Numbered from the stretch's first letter, positions 37,895 through 47,742 are shown. The stretch: 54,139 nucleotides of DNA from an uncultured Eubacteriales bacterium (GCA_900318745.1 ONMC01000011.1:1-54139); one strand, 5' to 3'. Notes: a model not told the origin generated them from the sequence alone. Program-made: numbers and translations.

Positions 37895-37961
37895 AGTTTC
37901 CTCTCCAAAACCGGTTTCACCTTATATGAGCCCCCGAAAACGAAAAGTATTACATGATGTG

Positions 37962-37993
37962 AAAAAAAGAATCTGCCTCCGGTCGGAGACAGA
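37962..37993 (-). terminator. Terminator after the HAD hydrolase gene
   Basis: 9-bp stem 37972-37980 / 37985-37993, containing one G-U pair on the minus-strand RNA. U7 tail. Confidence 0.6.
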
Positions 37994-38011
37994 CAACAGG
38001 GTCCGATGCAA

Positions 38012-38674
38012 TTATCGGCACAGCAGCGGGATCGCCTCGTCGAGCGATCGGAGCGTTGCGTCCGGCAGAAAGTCAAGGTTCGGTCTCGGATCGACGAGGT
38101 CCGGCACGCAGATCGAGAAGAACCCGCCCCGGTGCGCCGCTCTGAGACCGTTCATCGAATCCTCGAAGACGGCGGTGCTTTCGGGACGACCGTTCAACAA
38201 CCGGCATGCAGTCAGAAAGATCTCCGGATCCGGCTTGCCGCGCGTCACCTGATCGCCGAAAACCGCGGCGTCGAAACAGGCGCGCGTATGCGTCATGTCG
38301 AGATACCTCTCTGCGATCGGGCGCGCCGTGCCGGTTGCAAGCGCGATCCGGAAGCCGTTTGCTTTCAGCGCGTCCAGCAGCGCATACAGACCGGGCTTTA
38401 CCGGAACGCCGTGCGCTTTGATCTCGCGCTGCATCCACTCGGTCACGAGCTCCGTGCAGCGTTCCGGCGTCACGCGCGTGCCGAACAGCTCCGGAAAGAT
38501 CCGGATATAATCCTGATGATTGCAGCCGAGCGTGCGAAGAATGCCCTCCATCGGAAAATCCGTGCCGGTCTTCGGTCCGACGTACTCCAGAAGGGCGCGC
38601 ATATACAGACGTTCGGTATCGAACATCAGTCCGTCCATATCGAAAATCGCCGTATCGATCATTCGTGTCTTCAT
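38012..38674 (-). CDS. HAD-superfamily hydrolase (beta-phosphoglucomutase-like subfamily IA)
   Basis: ATG 38674 preferred. Motif I AIFDMDGLMFDTE, and a C-terminal VFEDSMNGLRAAHRGG motif. Confidence 0.85.
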   Translation of the reverse strand: MKTRMIDTAIFDMDGLMFDTERLYMRALLEYVGPKTGTDFPMEGILRTLGCNHQDYIRIFPELFGTRVTPERCTELVTEWMQREIKAHGVPVKPGLYALLDALKANGFRIALATGTARPIAERYLDMTHTRACFDAAVFGDQVTRGKPDPEIFLTACRLLNGRPESTAVFEDSMNGLRAAHRGGFFSICVPDLVDPRPNLDFLPDATLRSLDEAIPLLCR

Positions 38675-38762
38675 ATTTTCATTATAGCGGAAGAACGCGC
38701 TTTTTGCAACGTCGCTTGACAAGCTTCGGAGGGGTCGGTACAATGAAGAAAAGGAGTAAACG

Positions 38763-39905
38763 ATGGAACAGTCAACAAATCAATTCAAGCGCGCATACAA
38801 CCGCGCGGGGCTCTCGGTCGCCGCACTGTACGGCACCGTTGCCAAAGGGGAAGCTTTGGCGGCGATCGTGATCATGGGGATCCTCTCCGTACTGGCGGTC
38901 GGAGGCGCGCTGCCGTCGATCGATTACGAGGGGATTCTGCGCGGCGGACGGAGTCTTTCGGACGTATTCGATGCGCTGTCCGGCACCGGCATCATCGCTG
39001 CGATCCTTACGGTCTTTCTGCTCGTGCAGGCATGCGCATGGATCGTGGGATACGTGATCATGCGGCTCGTGATGCCCGAAGGCACGCCGATCCAAAAGCG
39101 CAATCTTTCCTTCGGTCGGTTTCTGATGATCGCGCTGATGTGCTACGGCATATGGGGCATCGGCGCTTCGCTCGGCAATCTTTCTTCGTTTTTCGGCGTG
39201 GAAACGAGCAATCTCCTCGACCCGACCTCGCTCGGGGCGGAGTCGCTGCCGTATCTGATCTATGCCATGATCGGCGCGCCGATCGTTGAGGAACTGACCT
39301 TCCGCAAAGCGTTGCTGGACGGACTGCACGACACGCACGAGGGCTATGCGGCGATCGTTTCGGGACTGCTGTTCGGATTGATGCACGGCAATCACATGCA
39401 GTTTTTCCTCGCGTTCTTCCTCGGCATGCTGTTTGCGATGGTCTATCAGCGCACCGGCCGCGTCGTTTATACGATGCTGCTGCACGCCATGATCAACACC
39501 ACCGCCACGCTGCCGGAGCTTTTGTCGCTGATGGGCGTCGATATCTCGCTGTATTGGAATATCGCGGTCGCGGCGCTGATCGTCGCGGGACTGATCGTGC
39601 TTCTCGTCAATTGCAGACATCCGCTTCTGCATGCGGAACAGACCGAAACGCCGGACGCGAACCGCGTCGTTTATCGGAACGTCGGCATGCGCATTGTGCG
39701 CATCGCGGCGCTCGTACTGATCGGGATGCAGGGGGCGATCCTTGCGCTTTTGCCGATACTGGACGACGGCGATCCGCGGCATCTGATCGATCTGATCCCG
39801 CTCACCCTCGTATTTTTGACCGTGCTGCTGCTGCCGAAGTTCACAAAACACTATGAAAAACCGGCGGCACCCGAACCCGTCGGACCCGAGGAGGCAAACG
39901 CATGA
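38763..39905 (+). CDS. CPBP-family (CAAX/Abi) intramembrane metalloprotease
   Basis: AAAAGGAG RBS. Motifs PIVEELTFRKAL, LLFGLMHGN and LLHAMINT. Multiple TM segments. Confidence 0.85.
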   Translation: MEQSTNQFKRAYNRAGLSVAALYGTVAKGEALAAIVIMGILSVLAVGGALPSIDYEGILRGGRSLSDVFDALSGTGIIAAILTVFLLVQACAWIVGYVIMRLVMPEGTPIQKRNLSFGRFLMIALMCYGIWGIGASLGNLSSFFGVETSNLLDPTSLGAESLPYLIYAMIGAPIVEELTFRKALLDGLHDTHEGYAAIVSGLLFGLMHGNHMQFFLAFFLGMLFAMVYQRTGRVVYTMLLHAMINTTATLPELLSLMGVDISLYWNIAVAALIVAGLIVLLVNCRHPLLHAEQTETPDANRVVYRNVGMRIVRIAALVLIGMQGAILALLPILDDGDPRHLIDLIPLTLVFLTVLLLPKFTKHYEKPAAPEPVGPEEANA

Positions 39906-40576
39906 CCGTATTGGAAGCCATCGACGCGCGGCACTCGGTCCGCGCCTATCTGAAACGCCCGATCGACGGTGCGGTGCGCGATGCGCTGCAGCAGGAGATC
40001 GATGCATGCAACCGTGAGAGCGGTCTTTCGATCGCGCTTGTTCTGAACGAACCGAACGCGTTTTCCGGCTTTCTGGCACACTACGGAAGATTCGAAAACG
40101 CGGTCAATTATATTGCTCTGATCGGCAAGCCGGGAAGCGATCTGTATGAACTTTGCGGGTATTACGGCGAACGGCTCGTGCTGCTCGCCGAGACGCTTGG
40201 ACTGAACACCTGCTGGGTCGCCGGGTCGTATAAGAAGGGCGAGGTCAAAACGCTTCTGAAGGACGGGGAAGCGCTTGCCGCCGTCATTTCGATCGGTTAC
40301 GGCGCGAAGCCGGGGCACGCGCATAAGAGCAAAACCTTCCGTCAGGTGACGGAAACGAAGGGACTCGTGCCGGAATGGTTCCGCGCGGGCGTGGATGCGG
40401 CGCTGAAGGCGCCGACTGCGATCAATCAGCAGCGGTTCCGCTTTGTGCTTGACGGCGATGACGTATCGGTCAAAGCGCTTGCAGGTCCATATTCCGCGAT
40501 CGATCTCGGCATTGTCAAATATCATTTCGAACTTGCATCGGGGAAGAAACTTCTGATCGGACATGCACACGAATAA
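39902..40576 (+). CDS. Nitroreductase-family protein
   Basis: ATGA overlap with the CPBP gene. N-terminus MTVLEAIDARHSVRAY is typical of the family. Confidence 0.85.
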   Translation: MTVLEAIDARHSVRAYLKRPIDGAVRDALQQEIDACNRESGLSIALVLNEPNAFSGFLAHYGRFENAVNYIALIGKPGSDLYELCGYYGERLVLLAETLGLNTCWVAGSYKKGEVKTLLKDGEALAAVISIGYGAKPGHAHKSKTFRQVTETKGLVPEWFRAGVDAALKAPTAINQQRFRFVLDGDDVSVKALAGPYSAIDLGIVKYHFELASGKKLLIGHAHE

Positions 40577-41924
40577 CGCCGAGCAGCGCCGCATCATGCT
40601 CACCGAGCCGATCGGGCGGCTGCTGTTCAAAAAATCTCTGCCGACGGTAATCATACAGCTCATCACCGTCGTCTATAATACCGCGGACACGTATTTCGTT
40701 GCCAAGGTGGGCACGAGCGCGTCGGCCGCGGTCGGCGTCGTGTTCTCGCTGATGGCGATCATTCAGGCGATCGGCTTCGGCATCGGCATGGGTGCGAACT
40801 CGCTGATCAGCCCGTCGCTCGGCGCAAAGCGCGAGCAGGACGCGCACGGATACGGCAGTACCGCGGTCTTGATGGGCGCGGTGTGCGGCATCGTTCTTGC
40901 CGCAGTCGGGCTGGTCTTCTTAAAGCCGATGCTCCGTGTGATCGGGGCAAGCGAGACCGTGCTGCCCTATGCGGCGGATTATGCGAAGTACATCCTGATC
41001 GCCGCGCCGTTCATGTGCGTGGCGTTCGTGCTGAACAACATCCTGCGCGCCGAAGGACAGGCGCTGTACTCGATGATCGGCATGTCCGCGGGCGGCGTGC
41101 TGAATCTGATCCTCGATCCGATCTTCATCTTCGCGCTGCACCGCGGCATCGCGGGCGCGGCAATCGCAACCATGATCGGACAGCTCGTCAGCTTTTCGAT
41201 CCTTTCGGTCTTCTTCCTGCGCGACAAGAGCATCGTCAAGCTCCGCCTGCGCTATATCGCAAAGAGACCCGCGATATACGGGCGCATTCTGCGGACCGGC
41301 GCGCCGACGTTTCTGCGGCAGGGGCTTGCGAGTCTCGCGTCCACGCTGCTGAACGTGCAGGCAAAAGAGTTCGGCGATGCGGCGGTTGCGGCGATTTCGA
41401 TCGCGAACAAGATCTACATGCTCGTGCGAAACATCGTGATCGGCGTCGGGCACGGCTTCCAGCCGATCGCGGGATACTGCTACGGCGCGAAGCGCTATTC
41501 GCGCGTGAAGAAGGTATTCCGGTGCGCGACGGTCGCGGCGACGGTCATCTGCTGTGCGATCGCGTTGGCGGTGTTCCTGTTCCGCACACCGATCATGATG
41601 TGGTTCCGCGACGATCCCGATGTCGTTGCGGTCGGCAGCGATATGCTCGCGTTTCTGTGCCTGTCGATCCCGATGATGGGGTATTCGACGTTTGTCAATC
41701 AGCTCTATCAATCGCTCGGATTTGCATTCGGCGCATCGTTTCTCGCTTCCTGCCGGCAGGGACTGTTTTTCATACCGCTTGTCTTTCTGCTGCCGGTGCT
41801 GTTCGGCATTCACGGCATCGAATCGGTGCAGGCGGCTGCGGACATCCTGACCTTTTCGATCTCGATCCCGTTCCATATCTTCTTTTTCAAAAAACATTTG
41901 TCCCTTCCGGACGCGGAGGATTGA
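40563..41924 (+). CDS. MATE-family efflux transporter
   Basis: 12-TM-like 453-aa ORF with N-terminus PIGRLLFKKSLPTVIIQLITVVYNTADTYFV. Start could instead be 40596. Confidence 0.85.
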   Translation: MHTNNAEQRRIMLTEPIGRLLFKKSLPTVIIQLITVVYNTADTYFVAKVGTSASAAVGVVFSLMAIIQAIGFGIGMGANSLISPSLGAKREQDAHGYGSTAVLMGAVCGIVLAAVGLVFLKPMLRVIGASETVLPYAADYAKYILIAAPFMCVAFVLNNILRAEGQALYSMIGMSAGGVLNLILDPIFIFALHRGIAGAAIATMIGQLVSFSILSVFFLRDKSIVKLRLRYIAKRPAIYGRILRTGAPTFLRQGLASLASTLLNVQAKEFGDAAVAAISIANKIYMLVRNIVIGVGHGFQPIAGYCYGAKRYSRVKKVFRCATVAATVICCAIALAVFLFRTPIMMWFRDDPDVVAVGSDMLAFLCLSIPMMGYSTFVNQLYQSLGFAFGASFLASCRQGLFFIPLVFLLPVLFGIHGIESVQAAADILTFSISIPFHIFFFKKHLSLPDAED

Positions 41925-41963
41925 TCGGACCCGTTTCCGTTATCATAATATATTTTCAAAACC

Positions 41964-41995
41964 ATGCAGCACTTTTGCCTGCTGCATTGTTTATA
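41964..41995 (+). terminator. Weak hairpin terminator after the MATE gene
   Basis: AUGCAGCA 41964-41971 pairs with UGCUGCAU 41980-41987, followed by UGUUUAUAU. Confidence 0.4.
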
Positions 41996-42026
41996 TAGGC
42001 AGAGAGGCAAAAAGAGGGGGACCGAA

Positions 42027-42581
42027 ATGATATTGCTGCTGTTGACATTGGACAGCGAGGAGGATCGCGCCGTGTTGGCCGATCTGTTTGCAAAAAACTA
42101 TCATCGCATGAAACGCACGGCGATGGGCATTCTCTGCGATCCGACCGCGGCGGAGGACGCCGTGCAGGACACGTTCGTGCGGTGCATCAAGCATTTTGAC
42201 AGGCTCAAGGCCCTGCCGGAGCAGGCGCGCTCGCTCTATCTGGTCACGGCGGTGAAGAACAACGCGCTAAACCGCAGACGGCAGCGCGGCACGCAGGCAA
42301 CAGTTCCGCTGGAATCGTTCGCTCCCGTCGATCAAAGCGCCGCGGTCGAGGAGCAGGCGATCCGCTCGCTGACCGTCGCGGAGCTCAAGGAGGCGTTCAA
42401 GCGGCTGCCGGAGAGCCTCAAGGACGTACTGCGGTATAAGTATTTGCTGGAACTCAGCGATCGCGAGATCGCGGACGCGCTCGGCGTCACCAAAAGCACC
42501 GTGCGCGTGTATCTTGTGCGCGCGCGGCGCGCCGTACTCGGGATGTGCAGGGAGAACGGATATGCGAAAGAGAACGATTGA
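42027..42581 (+). CDS. Sigma-70 family (ECF-like) RNA polymerase sigma factor
   Basis: ATG 42027 follows AGAGGGGGA. Region 2 AEDAVQDTFVRCIKHF, region 4 LSDREIADALGVTKSTVRVYLVRARR. Confidence 0.8.
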   Translation: MILLLLTLDSEEDRAVLADLFAKNYHRMKRTAMGILCDPTAAEDAVQDTFVRCIKHFDRLKALPEQARSLYLVTAVKNNALNRRRQRGTQATVPLESFAPVDQSAAVEEQAIRSLTVAELKEAFKRLPESLKDVLRYKYLLELSDREIADALGVTKSTVRVYLVRARRAVLGMCRENGYAKEND

Positions 42582-43998
42582 CAAACTGCTGCAGGCGGCG
42601 ATCGTCGAACAGGCCGCGGAACAGGGCGAGCTCTGGGATCGCGAGCCCGTACTTGAGCCGATCCCCGAGGAATCGCAAAAGCGCTTCGACGCCGCGTTGT
42701 ACGGCGAACCGCCGAAGCAGACGGGCGCGGAGGACTTTTTCGGGCAGCCCGCGCCGAAACCCGCGCCGAAACCCGCGCCGGAACCGAAGCGCCGCCGCGT
42801 GCTTGCCTTTGCGCTGACCGGCGTCAGCCTTGCCGCCGTCGTTCTGGTCGTCGGGCTGATGATCGGCGTCAGCAGAGGCGAAAAAGGCATCAAGCCCGAC
42901 GTTCTCGCGCCGGTCAATCCGGATGCACAGTCCACAGACGCGCCGCCCGCCGGCGCAGGCGTCCGTCCCGCGGACGCGCCCGCGCCCGGTCTTGCCGAAC
43001 CGACCGACACCCCGACGCCGGAGCCGGTTGCTGCCGGAGAGAGTGGGGGACCTGCGTTCATTCTGAACGGAAAGGAACGGAACGTCTATACGTCGCATTA
43101 CTTCATCGAGGATGAGGAAACAAGCATCCCGCTGAATGCGTTTCTGGCGTCCGTCGGCGCGGTCGCTGTCGATTCGCCGTATAACCGCTACATGGTGCAA
43201 TGCTATGAGATACAGGGCATCCGCTATATTTATGATGGGGAATCGCAGGTTTTCGCGTTGGAGGAACCGTATGATGAAATCGTACAAAAGCTGAAAGCGG
43301 AAGGCAGAACGCCGACCGAAGCGGATTTTCGCGAGATCGACCTGTTCGCGCAAGAGGGCTATGAACCGGAGATGCAGGCGGAAACGTGGTTGGATCACCG
43401 CATTCTGGAACGCGTTCTTCGAAAGATGGGACTGGATATATCCATCGAGATCGACCGTGAAGCAAACGCGATCCGCGTGGAGCTTGCGATGCCGCCGACG
43501 GATTCAGCGGCAATCCCGGAGGATCCGGAGCATCCTGCGCTGCGGCTGAAAACATACGCGTGGCAAGGTTATACCTGCCTCGTCCCGGAAACATTCGACG
43601 TCTGGGCGGCGATGGATCGAGAACTGTTTGCAACGGAAGAAGCGCTTTTGATGTGGGACACGGACGCCTTGGAGCATGTCGGACTTGTGGATCTGAATTA
43701 TGCGCAGATACCGGAGAGCGAGCTTGTGGGGCAGGATCTTTTGGCATGGTATCTTGGGAATCAGAAATCAGACGACACACCGAAGGAGTATGACCGACCG
43801 ATCGAGCGGGAGATTGCGCCGGGCGTCGTAAGTCTGCATTATCGTCATCGGCAGACCCATTCCTATGTCTGCATTGCGAAGCTGTGTTCTGACGGGACAA
43901 ACGCTCTGCTGTTCTGCGCATCCTCTTTTACAAAGGACGGCACGGCGGATTTCGACAGCATCGCGAAACGATTCCTTGAGATGAACGCGCTTGCGTAA
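42562..43998 (+). CDS. Putative anti-sigma factor/membrane-anchored protein
   Basis: Overlaps the sigma gene by 20 nt. TM segment VLAFALTGVSLAAVVLVVGLMIG follows a Pro/Lys-rich segment. Large extracytoplasmic domain, no family recognised. Confidence 0.55.
   Translation: MRKRTIDKLLQAAIVEQAAEQGELWDREPVLEPIPEESQKRFDAALYGEPPKQTGAEDFFGQPAPKPAPKPAPEPKRRRVLAFALTGVSLAAVVLVVGLMIGVSRGEKGIKPDVLAPVNPDAQSTDAPPAGAGVRPADAPAPGLAEPTDTPTPEPVAAGESGGPAFILNGKERNVYTSHYFIEDEETSIPLNAFLASVGAVAVDSPYNRYMVQCYEIQGIRYIYDGESQVFALEEPYDEIVQKLKAEGRTPTEADFREIDLFAQEGYEPEMQAETWLDHRILERVLRKMGLDISIEIDREANAIRVELAMPPTDSAAIPEDPEHPALRLKTYAWQGYTCLVPETFDVWAAMDRELFATEEALLMWDTDALEHVGLVDLNYAQIPESELVGQDLLAWYLGNQKSDDTPKEYDRPIEREIAPGVVSLHYRHRQTHSYVCIAKLCSDGTNALLFCASSFTKDGTADFDSIAKRFLEMNALA
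42748..42783 (+). repeat. 12-nt tandem repeat, 3 copies (CCCGCGCCGAAA x2 plus CCCGCGCCGGAA)
   Basis: Read directly in the sequence. Encodes PAPKPAPKPAPE inside the anti-sigma-like gene. Confidence 0.9.
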
Positions 43999-44011
43999 AA
44001 GGAAATCGACC

Positions 44012-44650
44012 ATGAAACGAATCGTCATTTTTTTGCTGGCAGCGCTGCTGCTTGGATGCAGCATGGGAGGAACGGAAAAACAAAGTGAAGCGACGGAACA
44101 GCCCGCGGACTCACCCGCGGAAACAAGCGAACCGGAGGTCAAGGATCCGGCGCTGAATCCGTTTTTCACCTGCACCGGCACGGAATATGGCGCGTACCCG
44201 ATCGTTGCGCCGAAAGAGAGGAGAGCAGAGGCAGAGGCGCTGTTTGCAGCGTACAGGGAACTGTTCGAACTTGCCGCTGCGGAGTGGCCCGATCTTGAGC
44301 ATTTCGGGATTGCGGACGGAGAGGCGTATTGCTGGGATGAAGCGCAGAGGAAAAATGAAACGGTCGATCCTGCGACGCTGCCGGAAAGTTTGCAGAAGCT
44401 GATCGCGCTGTCGGCAGAGACGGGGATCCATGCATACCAAAGCGGACCGGAGCCGGTCTTTGCGGAGGACGCCGCGCCGTATTTCATAGTGGAATTTCCG
44501 CGGGCGATCGATACGACGTATCAGGATCCCGGCATTCTCTATGAGGTCTGGCTGATCTATACGGCGAACACCGCAGAACAGATCCGCTATTCCGAAATGG
44601 AACCGCTCGCTGAGAACTGGTACATTGAGGTATACTTCTACGCGTATTGA
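44012..44650 (+). CDS. Hypothetical lipoprotein
   Basis: MKRIVIFLLAALLLGCS lipobox. Follows the sigma/anti-sigma pair after 13 nt. Confidence 0.6.
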   Translation: MKRIVIFLLAALLLGCSMGGTEKQSEATEQPADSPAETSEPEVKDPALNPFFTCTGTEYGAYPIVAPKERRAEAEALFAAYRELFELAAAEWPDLEHFGIADGEAYCWDEAQRKNETVDPATLPESLQKLIALSAETGIHAYQSGPEPVFAEDAAPYFIVEFPRAIDTTYQDPGILYEVWLIYTANTAEQIRYSEMEPLAENWYIEVYFYAY

Positions 44651-44805
44651 ACTGCAGGATGATTCTCTTCTATTATGACACACGAGCAAGGCAAAGTGTT
44701 ACAGAAAAATGCGAAATTTGCAGAAATATTCTGTAAAATATCGGTTTCGCCGCGCGGAAGGGAACCTGGGCGGCTCTTGCGCGACCTGCGATAAGGATGC
44801 GCGGA

Positions 44806-44846
44806 CAAAAAAGAGGGCTTCCGGTCGGAAGTCCTCTTTCGGGTTT
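44806..44846. terminator. Bidirectional terminator (lipoprotein gene / pntB)
   Basis: Long stem 44810-44822 / 44827-44839 around loop GGUC. A-run upstream and U-rich sequence downstream. Confidence 0.65.
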
Positions 44847-44851
44847 TGGGA

Positions 44852-46216
44852 TTACAGCTCCGCAAGCAGCGTGTCGAGCGAATCCTTTGCATCGCCGAGC
44901 AGCAGACGCAGTCCGTGCTTTCTCGAATACAGCGGATTTTCCACGCCAGCATAGCCGGGCTTCAGGTCGAAATTGCACACGATCACCTGCGGCGCCTGAT
45001 CGACGTTGAGGATCGGCATGCCGTAGATCGGCGTGCCCTCCGCTTCGCGCGCGGCGGGGTTCATGACGTCGCTTGCGCCGACGACCACGACCGCGTCGCA
45101 GTTCTTGAAGTCGTCGTTGATCGCGTCGAGCTCATAGAGATGCTCGTAATCGACGTCCGCTTCCGCCAGCAGCACGTTCATGTGACCGGGCATGCGTCCC
45201 GCGACCGGATGGATCGCGAAGCGCACGGTCGCGCCGTTCTGTTCGAGCTTGTCGCAGAGTTCCTTGACCTTGTGCTGCGCCTGCGAAAGCGCCATGCCGT
45301 AGCCGGGAACGATGATGACGTTCTTTGCGTCCTTCAGAGAGAACGCGGGTTCGGGTTCGGGCTCGGGTTCGGGCTCGGCGGGAACGTCCTCTTTCTTTTC
45401 CGCGGGCTTGTCGACCTTGACGGTCTTGCCGAGCAGGATGTCAAAGAGATGGCGGTTCATGGCACGGCACATGATCTGCGTAAGCAGAAGTCCGGACGAA
45501 CCGACGATGCCGCCGACCGCGACGAGAAGAACGTTCGAGATCGCCATACCTGCGATCGCGCCGGCAACGCCGGACAGCGAGTTCAGAAGCGAGATCGCAA
45601 CGGGCATATCCGCACCGCCGACGCGCATGGCAAACAGCCAGCCGAACAGCAATGCCGCGATCGCGCAGACGATCAGCGAAACGATGTTCCATCCGAATCC
45701 CGCAAGCACGACGCCCGCAAGACACGCAATCAGAAGCAGCGCGGATACGAAGCTGTGTCCCTTGAACTTCTTGGGACGGCTGTCGATCTTACGCGCCAGC
45801 TTCAGCGCGGCGATCAAAGAGCCGGTAAACGTGATCGCGCCGACGACGAGCGCCAGAGCGGCGGTGACGTTTGCAAAGACGGAGCTTTCCGCCTTGATCA
45901 GCTCGATCGAACCGACAAACGCGCTTGCAAGTCCGCCGATGCCGTTCAGAAGCGCGACGGTCTGGGGCATTTCGATCATCTTGACCTTCTTTGCCCAGAT
46001 GAGACCGACGATCGCGCCGACGGCCATGGCGATCCACAGCCGGTAGTTCAGAAGCGCATTCTGCTTGAACAGCGTCAGAAGGATCGCAAGACCCATAACG
46101 CCGACGCAGACGAGGTTGCCCGCGACCGCGGACTTGACCTTGCTCTGCATCGAAAGACCGACGAGAACGAGCGCCGACAGAACGGCGGAAAGAATGTAGA
46201 ACAGAATATCCGGCAT
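44852..46216 (-). CDS. pntB: NAD(P) transhydrogenase beta subunit
   Basis: Membrane domain followed by the NADP(H)-binding dIII region (VIIVPGYGMALSQAQH...GRMPGHMNVLLAEA). Confidence 0.92.
   Translation of the reverse strand: MPDILFYILSAVLSALVLVGLSMQSKVKSAVAGNLVCVGVMGLAILLTLFKQNALLNYRLWIAMAVGAIVGLIWAKKVKMIEMPQTVALLNGIGGLASAFVGSIELIKAESSVFANVTAALALVVGAITFTGSLIAALKLARKIDSRPKKFKGHSFVSALLLIACLAGVVLAGFGWNIVSLIVCAIAALLFGWLFAMRVGGADMPVAISLLNSLSGVAGAIAGMAISNVLLVAVGGIVGSSGLLLTQIMCRAMNRHLFDILLGKTVKVDKPAEKKEDVPAEPEPEPEPEPAFSLKDAKNVIIVPGYGMALSQAQHKVKELCDKLEQNGATVRFAIHPVAGRMPGHMNVLLAEADVDYEHLYELDAINDDFKNCDAVVVVGASDVMNPAAREAEGTPIYGMPILNVDQAPQVIVCNFDLKPGYAGVENPLYSRKHGLRLLLGDAKDSLDTLLAEL
45347..45376 (-). 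repeat. Hexanucleotide tandem repeat (GGGTTC/GGGCTC x5) encoding (EP)5 in the PntB inter-domain linker
   Basis: Read directly in the sequence. Protein segment AEPEPEPEPEPAF. Confidence 0.9.
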
Positions 46217-46545
46217 TACTTTTCGCCCTCCTTGCCCTTCTTGTTGAACATGCGGAGCATCTTATGCGTGACCGCAAAGCCGCCTGCAACGTTGATCATG
46301 GCAAGCGCCGCAGCTAAGAGCGCGACGAGCATCAGAACCGTCTGACCGTTTTTGAAGCAGACCGCGCCCGCGATGAGCGCGCCGAGCACGGTTACACCGG
46401 ACAGCGCGTTCATGCCGGACATCAGCGGCGTGTGCAGAAGACTCGGCACCTTTTTGATGATGATGTAGCCGAGTACAGATGCAACCGCGAATACAGCGAC
46501 GAGAATGACAGGTCCCCAAACGGGATGCGTCAAAATCGTTTCCAT
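46216..46545 (-). CDS. pntA: NAD(P) transhydrogenase alpha subunit part 2 (membrane)
   Basis: 109-aa hydrophobic protein between pntAA and pntB. Its stop overlaps the pntB start. Confidence 0.88.
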   Translation of the reverse strand: METILTHPVWGPVILVAVFAVASVLGYIIIKKVPSLLHTPLMSGMNALSGVTVLGALIAGAVCFKNGQTVLMLVALLAAALAMINVAGGFAVTHKMLRMFNKKGKEGEK

Positions 46546-46557
46546 TGGACCTCCGTC

Positions 46558-47718
46558 TTACAGAAGACCCATGGCTTCTCTCGCGCCCTTGTGGACGAGC
46601 TTTTCGCCGTCGGTGACGAGGATGCCTGCGTCGATCGGGTCGTTCATGTCGAGAACGATCTTGCCGTCCTTCGTAAGGTGCTTGACCAGGTTGTAGATGT
46701 TGTGCGCATACATCCAGGTCGAGCTCGTCGGCAGGAAGCCCGGGATGTTCTTGACGCCGAAAATCGTGACGCCGTGCTTCACGTCGGTGCCGCCGGGCGT
46801 GGTGATCTCGCAGTTGCCGCCCTGGTCGATCGCGATGTCGACGATGACGGAGCCGGGCGCCATGGACTTGACCATATCTTCGGTGACCATGACGGGCGCG
46901 AGTCTGCCGGGAACGAGCGCGGACAGGAAGACGATATCCATATCCTTGATGACCGGACGAAGCGCTTCGCGTTCCTTCTCGAGCCATTCGCCGGTGATCG
47001 CCTTTGCATAGCCGCCTTCTGCGACGGAGACTTCATCCGGGATGCCGAGGTCGACGACCTTCGCGCCGAGGGACTGCGCCTGCTCACGCGCTGCGGAGCG
47101 GATATCCGCCGCATACACGACCGCGCCGAGACGCTTTGCGGTTGCCAGAGCCTGCAGACCCGCAACGCCGACGCCGATGACCATGACCTTCGCGGGCTTG
47201 ATGGAGCCGACCGCGCAGAAGATGTTCGGGATGAACTTGGAGAGCTTTTCAGCCGCCATGACGATGCCGCGGTAGCCCGCGCAGGTGCTCATGGAGGTCA
47301 GAGCATCCATGCCCTGTGCACGGGAGATACGCGGAATGCAGTCAACCGTCAGACCGATGATGCCGTTACTGGCCATCTTCTTGACCATCTCGTGGTTGAC
47401 GGGGGATGCCGGATGGATGAACGTGATCAGGTACTGACCGCGCTTCATCATGTCGATTTCATGCATGCCGTACTTCTCGTTGAACAGCGGCTCCTTGACC
47501 TTCAGAATGAGGTCTGCACGGTTGTAGATGTCGCGAACATCGTCCACGATCTCCGCACCCGCTTCCGCATACGCTGCATCCATAAAGAATGCGCCTGCGC
47601 CTGCGCCGCGCTCGACGAGCATAGTGTGACCGTCTGCCACAAACTTCTTGATGGTTTCCGGGGTTGCTGCGACACGATTTTCATCGTGCATAATCTCTCT
47701 GGGGACGCCGATAATCAT
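46558..47718 (-). CDS. pntA: NAD(P) transhydrogenase alpha subunit part 1 (dI, alanine-dehydrogenase-like)
   Basis: MIIGVPREIMHDENRVAATPE N-terminus. Rossmann VMVIGVGVAGLQA. Confidence 0.92.
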   Translation of the reverse strand: MIIGVPREIMHDENRVAATPETIKKFVADGHTMLVERGAGAGAFFMDAAYAEAGAEIVDDVRDIYNRADLILKVKEPLFNEKYGMHEIDMMKRGQYLITFIHPASPVNHEMVKKMASNGIIGLTVDCIPRISRAQGMDALTSMSTCAGYRGIVMAAEKLSKFIPNIFCAVGSIKPAKVMVIGVGVAGLQALATAKRLGAVVYAADIRSAAREQAQSLGAKVVDLGIPDEVSVAEGGYAKAITGEWLEKEREALRPVIKDMDIVFLSALVPGRLAPVMVTEDMVKSMAPGSVIVDIAIDQGGNCEITTPGGTDVKHGVTIFGVKNIPGFLPTSSTWMYAHNIYNLVKHLTKDGKIVLDMNDPIDAGILVTDGEKLVHKGAREAMGLL

Positions 47719-47742
47719 GATTTGATTTCTCCTTTTAGTTTT

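Noticed and set aside
37895-37960. GAAAC motif upstream of the first ECF sigma gene as a possible autoregulated ECF promoter
   Set aside because: It lies about 23 nt from the ATG and overlaps the RBS region. The geometry is incompatible with a -35 element.
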